Shown: one piece after another, positions 17,530 to 25,825 of the stretch
Layout of the letters: every line of letters starts with the position of its first letter
Numbering within the stretch: position 1 is the first letter of the stretch
Source of the DNA: a virus
Taxonomy: Duplodnaviria > Caudoviricetes
Reading direction: 5' to 3' (one strand)
DNA: 64,000 bases
Virus record (IMG/VR): IMGVR_UViG_2928768511_000002
Span: 11,660 to 75,659 of that record
Program-made: the position numbers and the translations under genes
Notes under the pieces: generated by a model
What the model was told of the DNA's origin: nothing
Database searches by the model: none
Seen by the model: only the letters and a program-made list of their open reading frames with translations

Positions 17530-17606
17530 TGGCAAGTAGCTCAGATCGGTAGAGCGCCTCGCTGTTAACGAGGATGTCGCAGGTTCGAGTCCTGCCCTGC
17601 CAGCCA
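17530..17606 (+). tRNA. tRNA-Asn(GTT)
   Basis: Full cloverleaf, loop CTGTTAA, T arm GCAGG-TTCGAGT-CCTGC, encoded CCA; one A-C acceptor mismatch. Confidence 0.9.
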
Positions 17607-17821
17607 AGCCTCTCCTGCCACGAGTAGGCAGATCATACAGGGCCGCTCAGCGGTCCCAGCCCAATTCGCCAGCACAGATCAACCGAGCGCCGGGACGGCC
17701 TCGTCCAACGATCTGCGCCGGCAAACATGATTCCCCGGTCCTCGGGGATATCGCCGGCCCATCGAGCGGGATGCTTGACGGGCCTTTTATCACGAGGGGC
17801 GGGATGCCCCGCATTTCCGGG

Positions 17822-18715
17822 ATGGATATGCTTAAAGCAGTCGTAACTGATCTCAATGAACTCGATGAGGGCCTCCGCGGCTACTACGTGCAGAAGGACG
17901 GCAAGTTCTTCCTGAACGTGACGCCGGTCGACGGTTTCCAACTCGACAACACCCAGGGCCTGAAGACGGCGCTCGGTGCGGAACGCAACAACGTTTCCGT
18001 GCTCCAGGCGCAGCTGAAGCCCTACGAAGGCCTCGACGTCGCCGCGGCTCGCACCGCGCTCGAACGCATCACCGCCTTCGGAGACATCACGCCGGAAGCC
18101 GCGAAGACCGCGGTCGAAACGGCGGCTCGACTGACTGCGCTCGATCCCGAGAAGCAGGCCGAGCAGATCGCCAACACCAAGCTCGAAACCATCAAAGGCC
18201 AACTCTCCGCTCAGTACGGACTGAAGGAGACCGAGTGGACCACGAAGGTCAAGGGTCTGGAGGACGCGAATGCCAGCCTGGTGGGGCAGCTGAAGACGAT
18301 CATGGGCGAAAGCCATATCAAGTCTGAAGTCGCCAAAGCCAACCCCCTGGACGACGCGCGGGATGCCGTTGAACTCCTGGTGGGCAAGTTCGTCCGCACT
18401 TCCATGAAGGACGGCAAGGTCGTCACCGAAGTGATCGACACGAACGGCAACCCCCGCATCAAGGACGTGAACGGCACCCCGTTCACGGTCGCCGATCTCG
18501 TCGCTGAGATCCGCGAGAAATCCGCGTCGCTCTTCAAGCCCGAAGAGAAGCGTGGACTGGGGACCAACCCCGGAAGCCACAGCGCTGCGCCGGCCGGCGG
18601 GGTCGTGAACCCCTGGGCCGCGGAGACGCGCAACATCACCCAGCAAATGGTGCTGGAAAACACCAAACCTGAACTGGCCAAGCAGCTCAAGGCTGCAGCC
18701 GGCGTCAAGGACTAA
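17822..18715 (+). CDS. Capsid scaffolding protein
   Basis: LDEGLRGYYVQKDGKFFLNV N-terminus, long coiled coil, position before the capsid gene. Confidence 0.75.
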   Translation: MDMLKAVVTDLNELDEGLRGYYVQKDGKFFLNVTPVDGFQLDNTQGLKTALGAERNNVSVLQAQLKPYEGLDVAAARTALERITAFGDITPEAAKTAVETAARLTALDPEKQAEQIANTKLETIKGQLSAQYGLKETEWTTKVKGLEDANASLVGQLKTIMGESHIKSEVAKANPLDDARDAVELLVGKFVRTSMKDGKVVTEVIDTNGNPRIKDVNGTPFTVADLVAEIREKSASLFKPEEKRGLGTNPGSHSAAPAGGVVNPWAAETRNITQQMVLENTKPELAKQLKAAAGVKD

Positions 18716-18766
18716 ACACCCAAAACGCTCATTCATTTCGACGCCGGGACGTTCTGCGCCCCGGCG

Positions 18767-18782
18767 TTTGCGTGAATGCAAA
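18767..18782. promoter_or_regulatory. Palindrome TTTGCGTGAATGCAAA
   Basis: Intergenic, between scaffold and capsid genes. Confidence 0.6.
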
Positions 18783-18831
18783 AAGCTGCTCCCAAGAGAG
18801 CAAAGGCCAGTCATAACCTCAAGAGTGAGAA

Positions 18832-19812
18832 ATGACTGAGACTCGTCTCGCGGACATGATCGTCCCGACCAAGTTCAACAAGTACGTTCAGACGCTTTCG
18901 ACCCAGAAGTCGGAGCTGTTTACGTCGGGCATCATCACCGACCTGACCAGCGTCATCGACTCCGAGATCGAGGGCAAGACGGTCAACATGCCGTTCTTCA
19001 ACGACCTCGACGCGAGCGACTCCGAGCAGGTGCTCGACGACTCGACCGACCTCACCGTCGGCAAGATGACGACCGGCCAGGACGTGGCCGTGAAGCTTCT
19101 GCGCGGTAAGGCGTTCGGTACGTCCGACCTCGCTGCGGACCTGTCGGGCGCGGACCCGATCGACGCGATCGCCAACCGTTTCGCCGACTGGTGGAACAAG
19201 CGTATGCAGACCGCTCTGCTCTCGACCCTCTCGGGCGCGATGGGCGCAGCCTCCATGGCGGCCAACGTCAACGACATCTCCGGCCTGACCGGCGGTGCGC
19301 AGTACTTCGACGCCGACTCCTTCATCGACTCGGCCTTCTTGCTCGGTGACGAGCAGGGCGGTCTGACCGGTGTTGCGGTCCACTCGCTGACCCTGAAGGC
19401 GATGGTCAAGGCCGACCTGATCGACTTCGTGCCCGACAGCCAGGGCAAGCTGACCATCCCGACCTACCTCGGCAAGTCCGTGCTGGTCGACGACAGCATG
19501 CCGGTGAGCGGCGCGGGCGCGACCCGCATCTTCACCACCTACATCTTCGGCCCCGGCGCAATCGGCTTCGGCGAGAAGTCGCCCAAGGTGCCGGTGGAAG
19601 TCGAGCGCCAGGCTCTGAAGGGCATGGGCCAGGAGTACATCGTCAACCGCCGGCAGTGGGTCATGCATCCCCGCGGCGTGAAGTGGCTGGGCGGCACCCA
19701 GGCCGGCGTGACGCCGTCCAACGTCGAGCTGGCGACCGCGACGAACTGGCAGCGCGTCTACGACGCGAAGCTCGTCCGCATCGTGGCCTTCAAGCACATG
19801 CTGGCCTCCTAA
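18832..19812 (+). CDS. Major capsid protein
   Basis: 326 aa; TRLADMIVP...SELFTSGII...TVNMPFFNDL; VEVERQ...NRRQWVMHPRGVKW. Confidence 0.9.
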   Translation: MTETRLADMIVPTKFNKYVQTLSTQKSELFTSGIITDLTSVIDSEIEGKTVNMPFFNDLDASDSEQVLDDSTDLTVGKMTTGQDVAVKLLRGKAFGTSDLAADLSGADPIDAIANRFADWWNKRMQTALLSTLSGAMGAASMAANVNDISGLTGGAQYFDADSFIDSAFLLGDEQGGLTGVAVHSLTLKAMVKADLIDFVPDSQGKLTIPTYLGKSVLVDDSMPVSGAGATRIFTTYIFGPGAIGFGEKSPKVPVEVERQALKGMGQEYIVNRRQWVMHPRGVKWLGGTQAGVTPSNVELATATNWQRVYDAKLVRIVAFKHMLAS

Positions 19813-19846
19813 TCGTCTGACGACGGTTAGAGCCTGAAACACAAGA

Positions 19847-19877
19847 CCCTCCTCGGGAAACCGGGGAGGGCTCTTTG
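19847..19877 (+). terminator. Terminator-like hairpin after the capsid gene
   Basis: 10-bp stem with GAAA tetraloop; weak U tract. Confidence 0.55.
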
Positions 19878-19894
19878 TGACTCTGGAGACAATC

Positions 19895-20359
19895 ATGTTT
19901 GGAACGAAAGGCTACAAAGTGCGCGAAGCAGCTGCGTACCGCAAGAACCGCGTACAGCGACTGGTCTCGGAAGAGGTCAGGGCCGCTCGTTTCGCCAACT
20001 TGCACGGCAATGCCGAGCCGAAGGCGGCGGAGCACGATCGCAAGGATCATGCCCATAAGCCGCATGTTTACGCGCACGGCGAAGTGACCGCTCAGGTGGA
20101 GCCGGTCGAGACGCCGGCTGGTGAGCCGGAAGTGCAGGCTCAGCAGGGCGAACAGTCGGAGCAGGCCGAACCGGCCGCTGGCGAGAATGTCGACGCTGGC
20201 GATCAGCCCGTCGAGCCGCAAGCCGACGCTGACGAAGAGGCGAAGGAAGCTGCCGCCAAGGAAGCCGAGCGGGTCGCTGCCGAGAAGGCCGCTGCCAAGG
20301 AAGCCGCCAAGGCTGCTGCGAAGGCTGCCGCCAAGGCCAAGGCCACTGCCAAGAAGTAA
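19895..20359 (+). CDS. Hypothetical protein with acidic middle and Ala/Lys-rich tail
   Basis: AAEKAAAKEAAKAAAKAAAKAKATAKK C-terminus. Confidence 0.7.
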   Translation: MFGTKGYKVREAAAYRKNRVQRLVSEEVRAARFANLHGNAEPKAAEHDRKDHAHKPHVYAHGEVTAQVEPVETPAGEPEVQAQQGEQSEQAEPAAGENVDAGDQPVEPQADADEEAKEAAAKEAERVAAEKAAAKEAAKAAAKAAAKAKATAKK

Positions 20360-20368
20360 GGAATTGTG

Positions 20369-20785
20369 ATGGGCTACGCCAGCAAGGAAGACATCGACAA
20401 GCTGTACGGCACCGATCTCCTGGTTCGCGTGGCCGATTACAACAAGGACGGCACCCCGGACCCCGACGTCATCGAGCGCGGTCTGGAGGCTGCCGACGAG
20501 ATCTGCGACGCATACCTGTCGGCTCAGTACACCATACCGGTCGTGCCGACGCCGGGTGTCGTGAAGAACTGCGCGATCGACATTGCCGTCTATAAGATGG
20601 CGCTCGGCCGCGGCAGCCGCACCGACGAAATGCGGCTTCGGTACGAAGATGCTCTGGCGCTGCTGGAGAAGATCTCGACCGGCAAGGTCGGTCTCGGCCT
20701 TCCTCCTGTTACCGGAGAGGACGGAACGACGATTGACCCGAACACGAAGCGGAGCGGACGGTCGTTCGACTGCGGGCGGGCGTAA
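20369..20785 (+). CDS. Mu gp36-like head-tail adaptor (DUF1320)
   Basis: YASKEDI...ADEICDAYLSAQYTIP...DIAVYKM...RYEDALALLEKISTGKVGLG. Confidence 0.85.
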   Translation: MGYASKEDIDKLYGTDLLVRVADYNKDGTPDPDVIERGLEAADEICDAYLSAQYTIPVVPTPGVVKNCAIDIAVYKMALGRGSRTDEMRLRYEDALALLEKISTGKVGLGLPPVTGEDGTTIDPNTKRSGRSFDCGRA

Positions 20786-21267
20786 TGCCCAGCCTCAGCG
20801 TTCGCGTCGAAACCGCGACCCTCGCGCGGGTCCACAAGCGACTCGCCACACTGCTGCAGCAGGCGACAAATCTTGAGCCCTTGATGCGCGAAGCCGCGCA
20901 GTACATGCTCAATTCGACGGTCAACCGCATCAAGCGCACCCGGACCGCTCCGGATGGCGAACGATGGGCTGCCCTGTCAGACATCACCGCCCAGCTCAAG
21001 GGCCACGACCGGCCACTGTTTCAGTCCGGCGGGCTGCTCGGCGGCATCCGGATCGCCGACATCAGCAGCGACGGCTTCATGATCACCTCGGACGCCCCGC
21101 ATTCGTCCTACATGCAGCGCGGCGTCAAGAAAATGAGAGGCGCCTTCAAGTCAAAGCGCCCATCCCCACAAGTTCCAGCCCGCTCGTTCATGGGCTTTTC
21201 GGACGAGAACGTCCGGCGCATCGGCAAGATGCTGCGTGACCACATCAAGAAGGGAGGCGGCGAATGA
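20785..21267 (+). CDS. Virion morphogenesis / tail completion protein (Mu gpG / P2 gpS-like)
   Basis: APDGERWAAL, PLFQSG, VPARSFMGFS motifs. Confidence 0.85.
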   Translation: MPSLSVRVETATLARVHKRLATLLQQATNLEPLMREAAQYMLNSTVNRIKRTRTAPDGERWAALSDITAQLKGHDRPLFQSGGLLGGIRIADISSDGFMITSDAPHSSYMQRGVKKMRGAFKSKRPSPQVPARSFMGFSDENVRRIGKMLRDHIKKGGGE

Positions 21268-21845
21268 GCAAGATCGTCGCTTTCCGCGACAACATTATCG
21301 ACGCGATCAAGGAGCTGATCCCTGATCTGGACGTTGAATGGTACGACGGCCTGTTCGACGAACACGACATCGCGGACTGGGTGCTCAAGACACCCTGCGC
21401 GCGCGTGGCCGTGATGAACGTGCCAACCAACCATCTCTCGACCGGCGAGCTGAACGCGCACCTCCGGGTGGTCGTTGTCATCGTCGACGAGAACCGAGCG
21501 GTCGATCGCGACGGAGACGCCCGCGCCTGGGACTTCGTCGAGCAGATCGCTGTCTGGGCCAACCTCAATCAGTTCGGCAACCCCGACGCTGCGCCGGCCA
21601 CGAACGTCAAGTTCCAGCGGCTCAGCCAGCCGGTCCTGCGGCGCGAAGGCGTCTCGGTCGGCGTGGTCGAGTGGCTGAGCAACCTCACGATCGGCGTGAA
21701 CCGCGCGCGGCAGCGCGACATGGCGTTCCATCTCGGCCTCCCGGTCGAGAAGATGCCGCTCACCACGGTCGTCACCAGCAGCGACATCCACCAAGGGGAT
21801 CGTCACCTGTTCGAGAGCGAGGACGTAACACCGGAAGAAGAATAA
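21264..21845 (+). CDS. Putative tail terminator (Mu gp37-like)
   Basis: Position in the neck module; translational coupling. Confidence 0.6.
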   Translation: MSKIVAFRDNIIDAIKELIPDLDVEWYDGLFDEHDIADWVLKTPCARVAVMNVPTNHLSTGELNAHLRVVVVIVDENRAVDRDGDARAWDFVEQIAVWANLNQFGNPDAAPATNVKFQRLSQPVLRREGVSVGVVEWLSNLTIGVNRARQRDMAFHLGLPVEKMPLTTVVTSSDIHQGDRHLFESEDVTPEEE

Positions 21846-23062
21846 TGCGCGCACTGCACGCCATTGAGCGACGACTCCAGGACATGGAGCGCAAATTCCA
21901 GAACAAGGAGCGCCTCGGCAGGATTGTCGACGTCAAGTTCGAGAACCAGCGCTGGTTCGTGAAGATGAACGACGGCGAGGATCAAACGCCGAGCGGATCT
22001 GGCGGGCAGGGCGGCAGCGGTCGCACCTTCAAGAGCGACTGGATGCCGTGGAAGAGCTTCTCCCACGGTACCATCAAGATGTCGGTCCCACCGAAGAAGG
22101 GCATGCAAGTCCTGATGAGGTCGGTCGCCGGCATGCCCGAGCTGGCCACCGTCGAGCCCCACCACTACGGGCCGGACACTCCTTCGCCTCACGGCAAGGA
22201 GGACGAGGTCGTCAAGCTGATCGAAGACGAAGATCAGCAGAACGGAGGCCAGGACGGAGAGGGCGGTGGCGCTGAGGCCGGCGGAGAGTCCGGCGGCGAA
22301 GAGGGTGGCGACAAGAAGTGGAATCACTGGCTGCGTGAGACCAAAGACACGCACCACCTGATTATCCGCAAGAAGGATGATCAGCAGCAGGACGACAGCC
22401 AAGACCAGACCTCGCCGGAAGCCGGCGGAGGTGGTGGCGGCGAACTGGACGCCATGAACTCGAAAGGCGGCCAGCGCAAACAGAAGTCCCGCAAGATCCC
22501 GGAGGTCGAGGAGGATGGAGACGACGACACCACGCAGGTGAAGTCGACGAAGGAATACATCCTAAAAACGGTCGGCAAGAAGAAGTCCTACTACCGGCAG
22601 GACGGCGAGAAGGTCCACATCCGCTACGGCGATCAGGACGAGAAAGCCGACATCCTGATGGATGAGAACCAGGTCAAGATCCAGTTCAAGGACAAAAAGG
22701 CCATGGTGAAGTGGACCGAGGAAGATCTCACGGTCCAGTTCGGCGAGGACGAGAACGCCAAGATGGTGATGACCGACGAGGACATTACGATCACTCAGGG
22801 CGGCGAAGACGCCTCGAAGATCTTCATCACCGACCACGAGATCGTCGTTTCGCAAGGCGACGACGCTTCGCGCGTCACGATCCAGGAAGACTACGTCGAA
22901 GTGAAGGGCGCCACTGAGTGCTCCTGCGGCGTGGATGGTCGCTGGGTCTACATCAACCAAGGCCGGGTCAACCTCGGCGTCTCTGGTCCCAAGGAAATGG
23001 CCGACAAACGAGTGATGACCGAGGCCGGTCCCTCGCAGGTGGTCTGGGCCAAGATTGGATAA
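21845..23062 (+). CDS. Baseplate spike (gpV-like), extended
   Basis: OB-fold motifs GRIVDV, SDWMPW, PPKKGMQVL; acidic Gly-rich linker; beta-helix-like repeats. Confidence 0.75.
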   Translation: MRALHAIERRLQDMERKFQNKERLGRIVDVKFENQRWFVKMNDGEDQTPSGSGGQGGSGRTFKSDWMPWKSFSHGTIKMSVPPKKGMQVLMRSVAGMPELATVEPHHYGPDTPSPHGKEDEVVKLIEDEDQQNGGQDGEGGGAEAGGESGGEEGGDKKWNHWLRETKDTHHLIIRKKDDQQQDDSQDQTSPEAGGGGGGELDAMNSKGGQRKQKSRKIPEVEEDGDDDTTQVKSTKEYILKTVGKKKSYYRQDGEKVHIRYGDQDEKADILMDENQVKIQFKDKKAMVKWTEEDLTVQFGEDENAKMVMTDEDITITQGGEDASKIFITDHEIVVSQGDDASRVTIQEDYVEVKGATECSCGVDGRWVYINQGRVNLGVSGPKEMADKRVMTEAGPSQVVWAKIG

Positions 23063-23073
23063 GAGAGAGAACA

Positions 23074-23349
23074 ATGCCGAAATACACCGCTGACGTCGCC
23101 TTCTGGCACAAGGGCAACCTTGTCCCAGTCGGCGGCACGGTCTCGATGACGAAAGTCGAGGCGAAGTACCTCAAGGGCAAGGTGACCGAAGTCGTTTGGA
23201 CCGCGCCCGCAACTCCTGCGCCGGCGGTGGAAGAGCCCAAGGCCGAGACCCCGGCGCTCGGCGCCGCTGTCGTCGAGCATCCCAATCCGCGTCCCCACAA
23301 GAAGCGCAAGGCTGAAGTGAAGGACGGCGATAATGGCGACGTCAACTGA
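23074..23349 (+). CDS. Hypothetical protein (91 aa)
   Basis: GAGAGA RBS; overlaps the gpW start. Confidence 0.55.
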   Translation: MPKYTADVAFWHKGNLVPVGGTVSMTKVEAKYLKGKVTEVVWTAPATPAPAVEEPKAETPALGAAVVEHPNPRPHKKRKAEVKDGDNGDVN

Positions 23350-23689
23350 GCATCTGATTGATATCGACCGCTACACCGGGGAGTTGATCCAAGGCTGGGA
23401 GCGGATCAAGCAGAGCATCTTCGTGATCCTCACCACCAGGCTGCGCACTCGTCTGATGCGCCTGTGGTGGGGCTCCAAGTTCAACGAGATGCAGGACAAG
23501 CCCGGCAACGAGGAAGTCCTGATGAGCAGCATGATGGCTGCCATCTCGGCCATCAACACATACGAGCCGGAGTTCAAGGTGACGCGCGTCGTCATCGAGG
23601 ACATGGGTCCTGACGGCGAGATCACCATCACGGTCGAAGGCATCGATCTGGTGGACGAGGCGCTGCGCCGGCTCAAAACCACCATTTAA
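23333..23689 (+). CDS. Baseplate wedge gpW/gp25 family
   Basis: IKQSIFVILTT...RLMRLWWGS...INTYEPEFKV. Confidence 0.85.
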   Translation: MATSTEHLIDIDRYTGELIQGWERIKQSIFVILTTRLRTRLMRLWWGSKFNEMQDKPGNEEVLMSSMMAAISAINTYEPEFKVTRVVIEDMGPDGEITITVEGIDLVDEALRRLKTTI

Positions 23690-23699
23690 GCGAGGGTCA

Positions 23700-24569
23700 A
23701 TGCCGAGTTTCGAGTCACCCGCGCTGTACATCGACTTCGCGCGGCTGCCGCCACCGCAGGTGATCGAGGAGATCGATTACGAGGTGCTCCTAAAGCGCTA
23801 CCAGGCCAAGGTCCTGGAGCTGCGGCCGGAGCTGGCCGCCGCGATCGCGCTGGAGCAGTCGCCGACCAACGTCATTCTCGAAGCCGAGTCCTACGGCGAG
23901 ATGATCGTCCGCGAGCGCATCAATGCCGCGGCTCGAGCCTGCATGCTGCCGTTCGCTACGGGGTCTGACCTCGAAGTAATCGGCGCCCGCTTCAATGTGC
24001 AGCGAATGGACGGCGAGCTGGATCCTCGCCTCCGCCGACGAATTCAGCTCTCAATGGAGAGCTTCTCGACCGCGGGTAGCCCCGGGTCGTACATCTTCCA
24101 CGCCCTGAGCGTTTCGACCCAGGTCAAGGACGTCTCTGCCGTCGCCGAGCGCGGAACGGGCAGGGTGACCGTCACGATCATGGCCGATGGCACCAACCCG
24201 GTGCCGAGTTCGACGCTTGTCGATGCCGTCTACGACCGACTGATGTCGGATGGCATCAAGCCGCTCACGGACGACATCAGGGTCCTACCGGTCACCAAGA
24301 TCCCGGTGGACCTTTCCGCCAACCTCACGCTCTACCCTGGCCCCGACGCTTCGCTGGTGATCGCCGACGTCAACAAGTCGCTCACCTCGCTGCGCAACCG
24401 CGTCAGTAAGATCGGCATGGACCTGAAACGGTCCGCCGTCATCGCCGCCCTCACGCAGGAAGGCGTCCAGAACGTCGACATCGACTTCCAGGACGTCAAC
24501 GTCGGGACGGGTGGTGTGGTCTGGATCAACTCGGCCAGCGTGAACGTATCCAGTATCCGCGAGGAGTAA
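23700..24569 (+). CDS. Baseplate J protein
   Basis: LPPPQVIEEIDYE, ATGSDLE, STAGSPGSYIFHALS, IKPLTD. Confidence 0.9.
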   Translation: MPSFESPALYIDFARLPPPQVIEEIDYEVLLKRYQAKVLELRPELAAAIALEQSPTNVILEAESYGEMIVRERINAAARACMLPFATGSDLEVIGARFNVQRMDGELDPRLRRRIQLSMESFSTAGSPGSYIFHALSVSTQVKDVSAVAERGTGRVTVTIMADGTNPVPSSTLVDAVYDRLMSDGIKPLTDDIRVLPVTKIPVDLSANLTLYPGPDASLVIADVNKSLTSLRNRVSKIGMDLKRSAVIAALTQEGVQNVDIDFQDVNVGTGGVVWINSASVNVSSIREE

Positions 24570-24572
24570 TCC

Positions 24573-25805
24573 ATGGCCGAGCGCCTTATGGAACAAGTCC
24601 TGGCGCCGAACGCGACGATTTACGAGCGCGTCCTGGCCTCCCAGGTTGATCGGCTCCTGGCACTCGATACCGATCGGCTCCGCCGGCTCTGGGATCCTTA
24701 CCGCTGTCACGTCGACGACCTGCCGTACTTGGCGTGGTCGTTCTCGGCGGACATCTGGGACACGACCTGGCCGGAGGCGAAGAAGCGCAAGGCTGTCGCC
24801 GATGCGATCGCCCATCACCGGCTCAAGGGTACGAAGGCTGGTATGGCCACGTACCTCGACCTGGTTGACTGCAATCTCGATGACCTGATCGTCCCGCCTG
24901 CGCGTGGCTATCGGATTCCGGCCATGACGAACGACGAGTTCATGTCGTGGCTGGTGCATCTGCCGCAGATCAGGATTTACCCCTTCGTGATCCGCGATCC
25001 GGCCGGGCCGCGTGACTTCCGGATGCCGACTTACACCTTCCGGAACGATAACTTCCGCGAGAAGAGCATCGGCCCGAACATCTACGGCCGGAAGGCGTCG
25101 ATCTACAAGAACGGTGTCGAGGCCTTCGTCAAGCTGGAAGCGATGACCGAGTTCGGCGGCCAAGCCGTGGAGCGGGTCTACTTCGGCGATTTTGCAAGGC
25201 GGGACTATCACACCGATGGCTTCCGTGGTCACAAGTTCTACGAACTGACCGACGCGACCGACAACATCGTCACCGTTCGCATCAGCCAGGCCGCCTCCGA
25301 CCTCGTGTCGCTGACGCCCGGTCTGACGCCGCAGGATGTCAAGCCGGTCCAGATAGCCGAGAGGCATATCGTCCAGTCGGCGACGACGTTCCGCGCTTAC
25401 AACGCCTCGTTCCGCGGCAATGGAAATTTCCGTCGTGAGACGGACGCAGCGCACTGGATCTACGATCGAGTGGCGCTGCACAACAAGGCCGACCTGCCGT
25501 CAGGTCTGTCAGCCAAGTCTTATCGCGGTCACATGCGATACGGCATCCCGGCCTACACGGCTCAGGCGACTGTTAGCGTTCCTCTGGTCCGCTCGAACGC
25601 CCAGGGCTTCGGTGGCCGCTTCCGTAACGGTTTCCGCGTCCCCACCGACATGAAGAAGCTCGACGACGCCTGCGGGGCGATCGTCACCGCCAAGCCACTC
25701 CGCGACGCCGTCCTGGTCGACACGGTCACTCACCGCGTCGTCCGACTGAAGGACCGGCGAAAGCTGGGGACGTTCAAGCTCGGCGAAATCAGAAAGGTCG
25801 CCTGA
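24573..25805 (+). CDS. P2 gpI-like baseplate/tail protein, extended
   Basis: LAPNAT.YER, LPYLAWSFSADIWDTTWPE, HRLKGT. Confidence 0.85.
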   Translation: MAERLMEQVLAPNATIYERVLASQVDRLLALDTDRLRRLWDPYRCHVDDLPYLAWSFSADIWDTTWPEAKKRKAVADAIAHHRLKGTKAGMATYLDLVDCNLDDLIVPPARGYRIPAMTNDEFMSWLVHLPQIRIYPFVIRDPAGPRDFRMPTYTFRNDNFREKSIGPNIYGRKASIYKNGVEAFVKLEAMTEFGGQAVERVYFGDFARRDYHTDGFRGHKFYELTDATDNIVTVRISQAASDLVSLTPGLTPQDVKPVQIAERHIVQSATTFRAYNASFRGNGNFRRETDAAHWIYDRVALHNKADLPSGLSAKSYRGHMRYGIPAYTAQATVSVPLVRSNAQGFGGRFRNGFRVPTDMKKLDDACGAIVTAKPLRDAVLVDTVTHRVVRLKDRRKLGTFKLGEIRKVA

Positions 25806-25825
25806 GGCGGCTCCCAGGAGAAAAT

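Noticed and set aside
21338-21844. N-terminal 169 codons of the 574-aa ORF
   Set aside because: Arg-rich shadow of gene 21264-21845; gpV-like sequence starts at ATG 21845.
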